From assembly GCF_028368995.1 (NCBI RefSeq), contig NZ_JAQNDL010000001.1:1088001-1152000 (forward strand): a DNA stretch of 64,000 bases, read 5' to 3'. This document shows positions 9,517 to 18,832 of the stretch, piece after piece; position 1 is the stretch's first letter; the number at the start of each line of letters is the position of its first letter. The position numbers and the translations under genes were made by a program. The notes under the pieces were generated by a model, which was given only the letters and a program-made list of their open reading frames with translations, searched no databases and had not been told where the DNA came from. The DNA comes from Nannocystis bainbridge. Lineage in GTDB: Bacteria; Myxococcota_A; Polyangia; Nannocystales; Nannocystaceae.

Positions 9517-10924
9517 TCCGCGCGTGGCGGGCGACGGCCTGCACGACGTAGACGCTCGCGCCCAGGTTCGCCAGGCGCGTGAGCCCCGTATGACGGAGCA
9601 GGTGAGGGCCGTTCGTGAGCAGGCCAGCGCTACGCTGCGCCTGCTTGAGCATGTACTCGATCGAGCGCGGGTTGTGCGGCGCCCACTCACCGCCGGTGTA
9701 CTGGCTGCGGCGGTAGAGGACCAGCGGGCCGATCGGCTCGCGCTTCTTGTGCTCGACCAGCGCGCGCCGCAGCGCCGCCGTCAGCGCGACCGTCCCGATC
9801 GTGCCCTTCGGCGTCTGCTTGTGCCCGCGGTACACGTTGTGCTGCACCTTGATCGTGCCGACGTTGAGGTCGACGTCGGTCCACTCGAGCGCGCAGATCT
9901 CGGACACGCGCAGGCACGTGTCGAGCGCGAGCAGGATCATCAGCTCGGTCTCCGGCCCGAGCGCGCGCGCGGCCGTGAGGAGCCGGTCGAGCTCGTCGTC
10001 CGAGTACACCGTCTTCGTGTCGATCTTGCTCGTCTTGAGCTTCTCGACCTCGGGCACGACCTCGAGCTTGCGGAGCTTCCGCGCGAAACGGAGGATCTTG
10101 CCCAGCTTCGTCAGGAACATGTTCGCGGTCGAACGGGCGACGCGCTTCAGCAGCGCCGCGCGGAGCTGGGACAGGCGGTCCTCGTCGATCTCCGCGAGCG
10201 GGACATCGCCGAGCAAGGGATGAAAATGGCGGCGGTAGATGACGTCGTAGCTGACTTGCGTGCCCAGCTTCTGCAGCTCCACGTACTCGGGTACGAAGCG
10301 CTGCTCGTAGAAGTCCGCGAACGTCAGTGACGAGCGCGGAGGGCTGGTCTCCTTCGGGGTCTGAGCCGCTTCCGGGCCGCCTCCGCTCACGGCCCCGACA
10401 AGCTCTCGAAGGATCGCCGGCACCTGGCGCTCGCCCCAGAGTCGGGCCTGGCTCTCGTCCAGCCCCGGGGGCGCGACCATGCGCCGGCGGATCTCATCGT
10501 TGTCCTTGCAAGGGTTCATGAAACGGATGTCGATCTGGAAACGGGAGGGGTCGCTGTTGTACGGGCGTGTCTTGATCTTCATGGCCGGGCCTGCCGGCCG
10601 GGCGCAATCCCGCACCCAAGAGAGCACGGCCTCGCGCGTCCACGCAAGCGCTTTCCCGCTCTTGAAGGGTTTCGGGACCTGCCCTCGCAGCGCGCGGCTG
10701 CGTACGGCCTTGGGGCTGATGCCCAAGAGCCGCGCGAAGTCCTCGACCCTCAAGATCAGCGGCAGCTCGGGCGCCGCAGTCAGCACGATCTCTTCGCGCT
10801 GAAGACTCCGCCCGACGCTCTTCTCCGGGCCAGATGGCATGTCCTCACGGACATGTCCATCAAGACATGCTCTCGTGCGTTCTTCGACCCTTCCCCGCAT
10901 CACCCAACCCACTCCCTCGGCCAT
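9383..10924 (-). CDS. Tyrosine integrase with in-frame N-terminal Xis/AlpA-like HTH
   Basis: Catalytic set CLRVSE (R), TPKG (K), HLLRH (HxxR), ARH, TQAY (Y), plus TFADFYEQRFVPEY core-binding region. N-terminal LRVEDFARLLGISPKAVRSRALRGQVPKPFK..W is HTH-like. True start may be 10840, with a possible internal start at 10582. Confidence 0.93.
   Translation of the reverse strand: MAEGVGWVMRGRVEERTRACLDGHVREDMPSGPEKSVGRSLQREEIVLTAAPELPLILRVEDFARLLGISPKAVRSRALRGQVPKPFKSGKALAWTREAVLSWVRDCARPAGPAMKIKTRPYNSDPSRFQIDIRFMNPCKDNDEIRRRMVAPPGLDESQARLWGERQVPAILRELVGAVSGGGPEAAQTPKETSPPRSSLTFADFYEQRFVPEYVELQKLGTQVSYDVIYRRHFHPLLGDVPLAEIDEDRLSQLRAALLKRVARSTANMFLTKLGKILRFARKLRKLEVVPEVEKLKTSKIDTKTVYSDDELDRLLTAARALGPETELMILLALDTCLRVSEICALEWTDVDLNVGTIKVQHNVYRGHKQTPKGTIGTVALTAALRRALVEHKKREPIGPLVLYRRSQYTGGEWAPHNPRSIEYMLKQAQRSAGLLTNGPHLLRHTGLTRLANLGASVYVVQAVARHARITTTQAYLHTQQSELSRKGAALLDTAANQVVGNAVAKLAKPRKK
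10836..10870. repeat. 14-bp-phased CATG array at integrase 5' end
   Basis: CATG at 10838, 10852, 10866 (ggcatgtcctcacggacatgtccatcaagacatgc). Confidence 0.7.
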
Positions 10925-11214
10925 GATGCCCTGGCACCGCGGCCATCCTCGGATCTTGTTCGCGCGGCGCGCGTAGGCGCTGGGCTCTTCCGAGCCGCTC
11001 CCTCATTCGCTCGCTGTCATGATTTCTCGGTCGGCCAGCTCGGAATCACTCTGACCAATATTGCTTCCCCGTCACCAGATTCGCACGCCCCCAAAGCGAG
11101 CCGCTCAATCGATGAGAGAAGCTGAAGTTCTGATGCCGTGCAAGGTGCAGCGTCGATTTTGAGGCCAACGCGATGCGGCGGCGCAATATCGCACCGGTCG
11201 AACTCACGACAAAA

Positions 11215-11312
11215 GTCCCGATAGGGTCCCGATCCGGTCCCGATAGGGTCCCGATCCGGTCCCGATAGGGTCCCGATCGGTGCACGATCGGGTCCCGCAA
11301 GGTCACCGATGG
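11215..11312. repeat. Tandem 11-bp repeats (gtcccgat-agg/ccg), iteron-like
   Basis: Six units with a perfect gtcccgat core, alternating agg/ccg, followed by three degenerate units. Confidence 0.9.
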
Positions 11313-11351
11313 GCCGCCTGTCCCGGCGGGATGTCGTCGCTGACTCGATCA

Positions 11352-11444
11352 CCAATCCGCGTTGGGTCGAGATTGGCTCGGTGGCGCCACGATCCAATCC
11401 GCGTTGGGTTAGCCCAGGCGAGATTGGCTCGGTGGCGCCACGAT
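11352..11444. repeat. 42-bp tandem direct repeat x2 (second copy with 9-bp insertion)
   Basis: ccaatccgcgttgggt + cgagattggctcggtggcgccacgat repeated at 11352 and 11394. Confidence 0.85.
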
Positions 11445-11671
11445 GGGTGCCGGCCCATCGCACCGGCCTCGGTGAGCGCGTATCCCTCGCGGTCGGTGGC
11501 AGGGTCGCTACTGCTCAACGCTCATCGGGGAGCCGTCGCTATTCGAATGTTTTCTGCTCAAGTGGCCGCACGGTCGCAGAGCTCCGCGCAAGCCGCGAGG
11601 CGACGAGCGATCCACGAACACAGCACCAAAGCCCTCCCCGACGAAGGTCTCGTCAACAGGGAGCAGGATGG

Positions 11672-12175
11672 TCACGTAGTCGGCTCACCCGCCTTCGCCG
11701 CCGAGCGCACCACGTCGGCGACGTAACGCAGCGCGTCCTCGCCCCGGACCTTGTCGTCACAGATCCGCTCAAGCCACTGTTGCCGCAGGGTCCGCAGGAC
11801 AGCCCTCTCCTGCGCGAAATCTTCCTCGTACTCGCGGCGCATCCGTTTCAGCTCCGCGCAGCAATACTCGTGCTGCTGGACGGCCATCTCGGTGAGTTGG
11901 TGGACCCGTCGGAAGGTCTCCTCATGGAGCGAGACAGTCGATTCCAGCCGTGCCGACCCGGTGCTCGGGTCTTCGGGGCCGCGCGCGACGATCTGGTCGT
12001 CGATGGCGGCGACGAAACCGCTCTTGAGATTTGGCTCGATCAGCGTGCGAAGCTGCTCGATCTGCTCGCCCGTGATACCGGAAATCTCGAACGCGGTTGC
12101 TCCGGCGCCCTGGCCGCTCGCCCGGAATACTCGATACGTAGATCTTTGCCCCATCTCAACCTCGGTCCGCATCAT
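11672..12175 (-). CDS. Hypothetical protein with C-terminal coiled coil
   Basis: 167-aa ORF with plausible composition, divergent from the XRE gene. Confidence 0.6.
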   Translation of the reverse strand: MMRTEVEMGQRSTYRVFRASGQGAGATAFEISGITGEQIEQLRTLIEPNLKSGFVAAIDDQIVARGPEDPSTGSARLESTVSLHEETFRRVHQLTEMAVQQHEYCCAELKRMRREYEEDFAQERAVLRTLRQQWLERICDDKVRGEDALRYVADVVRSAAKAGEPTT

Positions 12176-12380
12176 TGTAGCGCTTCATGATGCTCAAGGG
12201 TGCATCCTCGAATCATGGCGCGCATGCGAGCATGAAGCGCTTCACGTTGGTGTGTGCTCTCGAATCAGCGCCGCGCTCATGCTCATGCTCAGTGCATCAC
12301 GGCCGTGAGCGGGAGCAGATAGAGGGCCGACGCTCTCGAGCATCACGAAGGCGTGCCTCGTCGCCCCCTCGTGCCGTACT

Positions 12381-14447
12381 ATGGATCGCATGACCGTGGG
12401 TATGTGGGTCAGCGAAATCCGCGCCCGGGCCGAGGCACGAGGCCTGTCTCTGGCCGATCTGGCTCGTGCGGCCGAGATGCGGCCGAGCAACCTCCGCCGC
12501 CTGCTCACGAGCTCATCGTCCAGCCCGCGGCTCGGGACCATGATGCGCCTCATGGAGCCGCTCGACTCATGGGTCGCGCCGGCGGCAGCACGGACCGCCG
12601 CCGAACTGGTCGCCTTCCTCGACAGCGAGCGAGAGCGAGGCGGCCTGGGCTGGGACGAACTGGTCGCGGGGAGTGACACGACAGCGTCTACATTCGCCAG
12701 GCAGCGAAGCGAAGCGCCCGAACAGCTCCCGCTTGACGTGGTGCTCGATCTCGCGGGCCGCCTCGGGATCGAGCTGTTCCTGGTCGACGCCCGCGATGCG
12801 CGAGCCACGGAGAGCCGTGAGCAGGAATCCAGGGGCAAGCAGCGAACACGGACCTCCGGCGCATCACGCACCCGTCACGCGGGTGTCCGACCCGCGCGAG
12901 AGTCCGAACCTGCGTCGATCGATCGTGAGCCGGCGACCACGCCGCCGCTCGTCGCCACCGTGACGACGCCGTCGAAGAGCGAGCCGGCGCCCGCGCGTTC
13001 GCGCTGGAGTCTGTCCCCACCCAAGCTCGGCCGTTACCGCGACGCGCCACCGGAGTCGGCCGCCCTCCCCCGGGGCCCAGCCGCGACCTATACCCCGCGA
13101 GAGCCGTCCTACGCGCTGGAGCGCACCCTGCTCCTCAACCTGGCCGACACGACGGGCGCCACGTGGCGGACCCTGTACCAGGGCCTCTTTCGATTCGTCA
13201 CCGGCGCGCGGGACGTACCCGCCGACATCATCGACCGCCTGGCGAACGGGACCGAGCGATTGTTCCAGCGCCTGCGTCGAACCCCGCCATCCCACTCCGA
13301 GCAGGAAGCGCAGGCCGCGGTCTCCTTCGAGGATGCCGATCCGTCCCCCTTGATCGAGTTTTGGATGGCCTCGAAGACAGCTCCACATGCTCGCGGGACG
13401 TCGACGGTCCACGATCCCGCAGGCCGCGCGCACGTCATCCACGCAGCGCTATCCCGCACCTACAACGTCATTATCCGCCTCAGCCAGGGCGGGCGCCCGC
13501 ATCGACTTGCGCGGATCGTCGAGGTCGTGGACGGCGAGGCGACAGTCATCGCGGATCCCGACGTTCGGCTCGATCTCGCAGTGGGTGACGAGCTCCGCGC
13601 CTTCGAGCACATCCACGCCGGCCCGGTGTTCGGCGAGCTGCGATTGGGCGACCGCATCTACCTGCTCGGCGCCCTCTCCTGGGCCATCGCGCTGCTCGAG
13701 GTGGATTCGACTGGCGCGCGGGTGGTGTGGGCCGGCCCCGCCGAGAAATTCGGGGAGGTCACGGTCGAGCCTGCGTCCCCTCCGACCGTCGAGGCGGAGA
13801 GCGTCGAACCCGACCGCGAGGCCAGGGCGAAAGCAAACCAGCTCGAAGCGGAGCTCGCCGCCGCGAGACTCGCGCTCACGGACGAACGCGCGCAACGAGC
13901 TGATGCCCAGCGGAGGGCCGACGACGCCGCGGAGCAAGCGGCTCAGGATGCTACGGCTCAGCACCAGGCGCTCAGCCTCGAGAATGCCGAGCTCCGTCGT
14001 GAATTCGCCGCCGCGGTGGAGCGACTCGATGCCCAGCTCGCCGAGATTAGGGCTGATGCCGGCGCCCACGGCAAGGATCGGCAAATCCTCATGGCCACAT
14101 TCGCCGAGATTCGCCAGAGGGCCGAGGCAATTGCCGACCAGCACAAGACCGAGCTCGCCGAACTACACGGCCGGCTCGCCGAGCTGACCGTGCGCGAGGC
14201 TGCGTTGCTCGACACCCAGAAGGGGCTCGAGATCGAGAACGCGGCACTACGGCAGCAGTGCGTCGACCGGCACTCGGGAAGAGCGAGCCGGCTGCCTGAG
14301 GAGGACGGGCTCCCGACTGACGACAGCAAAGCTTCGATGGATTTCGCGCCAATCGATGGACCACTATCAAACCTCGAGGCGGAGCGCGCAGCTCCTCCCA
14401 CGAAACCGCGCTCCGCGAAGAGCCTCTCCAGGAGGTGGCATCGGTAG
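12381..14447 (+). CDS. Tandem XRE-HTH protein with central globular domain and long coiled coil
   Basis: RARAEARGLSLADLARAAEMRPSNLRRLL HTH, a second degenerate HTH (LPLDVVLDLAGRLGIEL), and a heptad-rich C-terminus. Confidence 0.75.
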   Translation: MDRMTVGMWVSEIRARAEARGLSLADLARAAEMRPSNLRRLLTSSSSSPRLGTMMRLMEPLDSWVAPAAARTAAELVAFLDSERERGGLGWDELVAGSDTTASTFARQRSEAPEQLPLDVVLDLAGRLGIELFLVDARDARATESREQESRGKQRTRTSGASRTRHAGVRPARESEPASIDREPATTPPLVATVTTPSKSEPAPARSRWSLSPPKLGRYRDAPPESAALPRGPAATYTPREPSYALERTLLLNLADTTGATWRTLYQGLFRFVTGARDVPADIIDRLANGTERLFQRLRRTPPSHSEQEAQAAVSFEDADPSPLIEFWMASKTAPHARGTSTVHDPAGRAHVIHAALSRTYNVIIRLSQGGRPHRLARIVEVVDGEATVIADPDVRLDLAVGDELRAFEHIHAGPVFGELRLGDRIYLLGALSWAIALLEVDSTGARVVWAGPAEKFGEVTVEPASPPTVEAESVEPDREARAKANQLEAELAAARLALTDERAQRADAQRRADDAAEQAAQDATAQHQALSLENAELRREFAAAVERLDAQLAEIRADAGAHGKDRQILMATFAEIRQRAEAIADQHKTELAELHGRLAELTVREAALLDTQKGLEIENAALRQQCVDRHSGRASRLPEEDGLPTDDSKASMDFAPIDGPLSNLEAERAAPPTKPRSAKSLSRRWHR

Positions 14448-14766
14448 GAGCTCGATTCGCCTCGTGCTCCCGGACCGTCTTCTCGCCCATCCGCCGTCTT
14501 CACTCGAGCTCCTCCGACACCCGCGCGGAGCAACGGCCCGCGCAACAGCCCGCGCACGACAGCCAACACCTCCGCCCTGCCGACGCTCAGCGTCGGCAAC
14601 AGCCCGTGTGCTGGCCAACACCACCGCCTCGCCCGCGCACCAGCCAAAACCGGCCGAGCCGCGCGGCCGGCGTTCGTGTTGCACAAGCGCGGCCCGGCGC
14701 GCGATTGCCCTCGAGTGACGGACGTGGGATGCTCACTCCCTTCTCTCGTCGACAAGGCAGGTCCAC

Positions 14767-17700
14767 ATGGCAGCGCTGGAGGAGCAGGTTCGTCAGTGTC
14801 AGGCCGCCATCTCAGCGCAGGAATCGCTGCGCTCGACTCTCGGCGACGCGGTCGTCGACATCACAGTGGCCGCGCTGCGCAGCCAAATCGAGGCGCTCCA
14901 GAGCCAGTTGCAGGGGTCCGCGCAGGCGAGCCGCAGCGACGGGATGCTTGAGCTGCTCCAAGGTTACCTGCCGCGCGAGCTGGCCGACAAGATGCGCGCG
15001 TTTGGCCGGATCGACGGCGAGCGCAAGCAGGTGACGGTGCTGTTCGCGGACCTGTCCGGGTTCACCGACCTCAGCGAGCGCCTCGACGCCGAGGAGGTCG
15101 CTGAGATCACCCACGCGGTGCTCAAGGAGCTCGCCAGCGCGGTCTACGAGTTCGAGGGATACATCGACAAGTTCATCGGCGACGCGGTCATGGCCGTGTT
15201 CGGCGCGCCGATCGCCCACGAGAACGACCCCGACCGCGCACTGCGGGTCGCGCTGTCGATGCGCGAGCGCCTCGAGGCTTTCAATCGCCGCTGGCGCGAT
15301 CGGGTCGGCCAGCCGTTGAACCTACACATCGGCATCAACACCGGAATGGTCATCGCCGGCAACATCGGCTCCGACATGCGCCTCTCGTACACAGTCATGG
15401 GCGATACTGTCAACACTGCGTCGCGGCTCGAGAGCGCCGCCCGGCCCGGACAGATTCTGGTCAGCCACAACACCTATCGACTGACTCAGGACTCGTTCGC
15501 GTTCGTGGCCCTGGATCCGCTGCAGGTCAAGGGCAAGCGCGAGCCTCTGGTCGTCTACGAGCTCGACCACGCCCGGCTGACACCGAGCAAGTCGCGCGGC
15601 CTGACGGGCTTTCGCGCTGTCTTCGTCGAGCGCGAGCGCGAGCTGGCGCTCCTCGGCGCCCTCGCCGAGCGCCTCCAAAGCGGGAGCGGCCACGTCCTGG
15701 TCGTCACCGGCGAGGCCGGCATCGGCAAGTCGCGGCTGATGGCCCGCTGGCGCGCCGCCTTGCCGCCGGCGGTGCGCTGGCTGGAGGGCCGCTCGTTCCC
15801 CCACACCGGCTCGTTGCCCTACGGGCCGTTCCTCGACCTGTTTCTCCGCTACGCCGGCATCGGCGACGACGACCGCGAGGAGCTGGCCCGCCAGCGCCTG
15901 CGCGTCATCGTCGAGCGCTTCTTCCCGGCGAACCTCGAGGCCCAGGCGTTGTTCGCGTCGATGCTGGCGCTGCATCCGACCGCCGAGGAGGAGGCCCTGC
16001 TCGCCGCCCTGCCCGCCGAGGGCCGCCGCCGCCGCCTGTTCGCGCTGGTCCGCCAGTGGCTGGTCGACCTGGCGGTCGAGCGGCCAGTCGTCCTGGTTTT
16101 CGAGGACATGCACTGGATCGACACAACCAGCGTCGAGCTGATCCAGTCGCTCCTGCCGCTGGTAGAGACTCACCCGGTGATCGTGACCGGCGTGTTTCGT
16201 GGCGCGCACGACGGGGTCATGCGCAGCTTCCAGGAAGTCGGCGGGGCCCGCTACGCCGAGCGCTCCACGCTCCTCCCGCTCGCGGCGCTCAGCGAGCAGG
16301 GAAGCGCCGCGATGGTCCGGGAGCTGCTGCAAGTGACGACGCTGCCCGAGCCGGTCCGGCTGGCGGTCCTGCTCAAGGCCGAGGGCAATCCGTTCTTCAT
16401 CGAGGAGGTCCTGCGCATGTTGGTCGAGCGCGGGGCGCTGGTGCGCGCGCCGGACGGCGACGCCTGGGTCCCCTCCGATCTCCTCGAACAGGTCTCGATC
16501 CCGGACACGCTCCACGGGGTCCTGATGGCCCGCATCGATCGCCTCTACCCGGAGACCCGCTGGATCGTCCAGCAGGCCTCCGTCATCGGCCGCGTCTTCC
16601 TCTACCGGGTGCTGTCGAGAGTGGCGTCAACCGACCACCTCGAGGCCGACATCGACCTGCTCGAGCGCGAGGGACTGATCCGCGAGCGCTCGGGCCAGCC
16701 CGAGGTCGAGTACATGTTCAAGCACGCGCTGACGCAGGAGGTGGCGTATCAGAGCTTGCTCGGCCCGCGGCGCAAGGAGCTTCACCGCAAGGTCGGGGAC
16801 GTCATGGAAGCCGTGTTCGCCGACCGGCTGGCGGAGTTCTATCCGATCGTGGGCCGGCACTTCCTGCTCGGCGAGCATTGGGCCAAAGCCGCGGACTACC
16901 TCGCCCGCTCCGGCGCCGCCGCCGCTCGCCATTACGCCTATGTGGAGGCCCGCACCCACTACAAAGAGGCCCTGAAGGCGCTGGAGCACCTGCCTCCGGA
17001 CGATACGATCGAGCGGACCGCCATCGATCTGACGATCGGCCTCGCCCGGGTGTCCTATGTCGCCGACGATCCCGGCATCAACCTGGCGCGCCTCAAGCGG
17101 GCTGAAGAGCGCGTCGGCCACCTGTTCGCGCGCAGCGGGCTCGCGGAGGACCGCCTGCGCCTCGCCCGGATCCTGCTGTTCCAGGCGCTCTCGTACATGA
17201 TGCGCGGGAACGCAGTCGCGGCGGCGATCGACTGCTTTCAGCGGGTGCTCCCGGTCGCGCAGGAGTTTCAAGATGAGGAACTATTGGTCGCGCCGTCGAC
17301 GAATATCGGCAAGATCCTGGTGGTCAATGGCCAGTTCCGGGACGCGATCCCGCTGTTTCGTCGGGTCATCGAGCCGCTGTCGCGTTGGGATGACCTCACC
17401 GAGTGGATCCTGACCGTGGTGTTCCTCGGGTTGGCCGAGGCCGCGCTGGGTCGTCCGCAGGAGGGCGAGCGGCTGGCCCAGGAAGCGCTCGCGCGGGCCG
17501 TCGAGACTCACAACAACACCGGCCAGATCTACGGCCACATGTTCCTCGCAGTGATCGCGGTGCACACGGGCGACATGCAGCGCCTTTTGCTCGAGAGCCA
17601 GCGGACCTGGCAACTCGCGGACGCCTCGGGCGACCGGATGTATTGTTATTTCAGCCACGGGTACCAGGCGCTGGCCCACAGCCGACTCGGCGACCATGCC

Positions 17701-18069
17701 GCGGCGGCCGAGAGCCTGAGCCGGCAGCGTGAGACGGCCGCCAGCCTCGGCCCCAACCTAGCGACCGCCGATTGGTTCGCCGCGATGGAGGCCGAGGTGG
17801 CGCTCAACGCCGGGCGGTCCGACGCAGCACTCGCCCTGGCGCGCGCTGCGATCGACGAAGCGGTCGCCGTGGACGGCATCTACGGCGAGGGGTTCGCCCG
17901 GCGCGTCTGCGGTCAGGCGCTCGCCGCCACGGGGGCTCCGCGCAGCGCCATCGACGAGCAGTTCGCGGCCAGCGTCGAATGCTTCGACCGCGGCGGCGCG
18001 GCCCTCGAGTCGGCGCGCACGCATGCGCGATGGCGCGAGGTCCACGGTAACGGAGCGAGCGAGCCATAG
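14767..18069 (+). CDS. Class III adenylate cyclase - AAA ATPase - TPR protein
   Basis: VLFADLSGFT, DKFIGDAVMA, YTVMGDTVNTASRLE (K/T, ATP-type specificity). Walker A GEAGIGKS, Walker B VLVFEDMHW, AEGNPFFIEE, FKHALTQEVAY, then helical TPR-like repeats. Confidence 0.95.
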   Translation: MAALEEQVRQCQAAISAQESLRSTLGDAVVDITVAALRSQIEALQSQLQGSAQASRSDGMLELLQGYLPRELADKMRAFGRIDGERKQVTVLFADLSGFTDLSERLDAEEVAEITHAVLKELASAVYEFEGYIDKFIGDAVMAVFGAPIAHENDPDRALRVALSMRERLEAFNRRWRDRVGQPLNLHIGINTGMVIAGNIGSDMRLSYTVMGDTVNTASRLESAARPGQILVSHNTYRLTQDSFAFVALDPLQVKGKREPLVVYELDHARLTPSKSRGLTGFRAVFVERERELALLGALAERLQSGSGHVLVVTGEAGIGKSRLMARWRAALPPAVRWLEGRSFPHTGSLPYGPFLDLFLRYAGIGDDDREELARQRLRVIVERFFPANLEAQALFASMLALHPTAEEEALLAALPAEGRRRRLFALVRQWLVDLAVERPVVLVFEDMHWIDTTSVELIQSLLPLVETHPVIVTGVFRGAHDGVMRSFQEVGGARYAERSTLLPLAALSEQGSAAMVRELLQVTTLPEPVRLAVLLKAEGNPFFIEEVLRMLVERGALVRAPDGDAWVPSDLLEQVSIPDTLHGVLMARIDRLYPETRWIVQQASVIGRVFLYRVLSRVASTDHLEADIDLLEREGLIRERSGQPEVEYMFKHALTQEVAYQSLLGPRRKELHRKVGDVMEAVFADRLAEFYPIVGRHFLLGEHWAKAADYLARSGAAAARHYAYVEARTHYKEALKALEHLPPDDTIERTAIDLTIGLARVSYVADDPGINLARLKRAEERVGHLFARSGLAEDRLRLARILLFQALSYMMRGNAVAAAIDCFQRVLPVAQEFQDEELLVAPSTNIGKILVVNGQFRDAIPLFRRVIEPLSRWDDLTEWILTVVFLGLAEAALGRPQEGERLAQEALARAVETHNNTGQIYGHMFLAVIAVHTGDMQRLLLESQRTWQLADASGDRMYCYFSHGYQALAHSRLGDHAAAAESLSRQRETAASLGPNLATADWFAAMEAEVALNAGRSDAALALARAAIDEAVAVDGIYGEGFARRVCGQALAATGAPRSAIDEQFAASVECFDRGGAALESARTHARWREVHGNGASEP

Positions 18070-18086
18070 AAACCCTCCGCGCGGCG

Positions 18087-18516
18087 ATGCCACCCGTCGC
18101 GTCGGGAGCTCGGCCGCGACCGACGCGACGCAGGTCGGCGCCCGATCGCCGACCCGTCGAGGACCTGCGCGCCACCTGGGGCCTGCACATCCCCTTCTGC
18201 CTGACCAACCCGAAGATCTACGCTGAGGCCGACCGACGCAGGATCGCCGCCGCGGGCCGGCTTTGTCCTCACGCCGATGAGCTCGGCCCCGCTGCTGGCC
18301 TCGGCGCTGTGTTGGCGCTACTCGAACGTTACGCCGAGGACCGCGACCTCGGGCCATCCGTGTCCACGCGCGAGGCCGTGATCGCTGTGATCACGACCCG
18401 CCACCCCGGTCGTCCGGGCCTCGACGCCTGCAGCCGCGGCCATCGCCTTGCGCGCCGTACTGCAAGAGGCCGCGCGCGTGACGGCGGGACAGCGAGGTGA
18501 CCCCTTCCGTGAGTGA
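18087..18516 (+). pseudogene. Remnant of hypothetical gene (frameshift near 18428)
   Basis: Protein-like EDLRATWGLHIPFCLTNPKIYAEADRRRI... reading continues in a shifted frame as AAAIALRAVLQEAARVTAGQRGDPFRE-stop. Confidence 0.4.
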
Positions 18517-18743
18517 GTCGACACATGCGTGAGTGGCGAGCGGGTCTATCCGTTTGCTCGAACGACCCCGCACAGGAAGCCTACACCCTTGCGCAGTTGG
18601 AGGGCCGAGCTACCTGCTTGGTGCGGTGGATCGGGACTCAATCTACTCCGTTGCGTCGTCGGAAGATGAAGCTATTTGCTCGGCAATCCCCTCGGACAGC
18701 ATCTGCGCGCAGTTTGTGCTGGACGACGAGACGTTTTAGTAAC
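18436..18743 (+). repeat. ~300-bp dispersed direct repeat, copy 1
   Basis: Aligns by eye with 60901-61190 over its whole length, with long identical blocks and an extra ~18 bp in this copy. Confidence 0.92.
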
Positions 18744-18783
18744 CGGCTTCACATGAGCGGCAGAATGATGCTTCGCGGCAGAA

Positions 18784-18806
18784 CAGGAGGAATTTAATTC
18801 CTCCTG
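18784..18806. promoter_or_regulatory. Perfect 23-bp palindrome caggaggaatt-t-aattcctcctg
   Basis: 11-bp arms around a 1-nt centre, containing AGGAGG/CCTCCT, 27 bp upstream of ORF 18833. Confidence 0.5.
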
Positions 18807-18832
18807 CGGAATCGATGTGTTAGGGCTAAAGC

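Noticed and set aside
11215-11444. Short repeats as a CRISPR array or a real ORF (11017..11463, 11046..11306)
   Set aside because: Units are contiguous without spacers, and the 11-bp period gives frame-rotating low-complexity translations.
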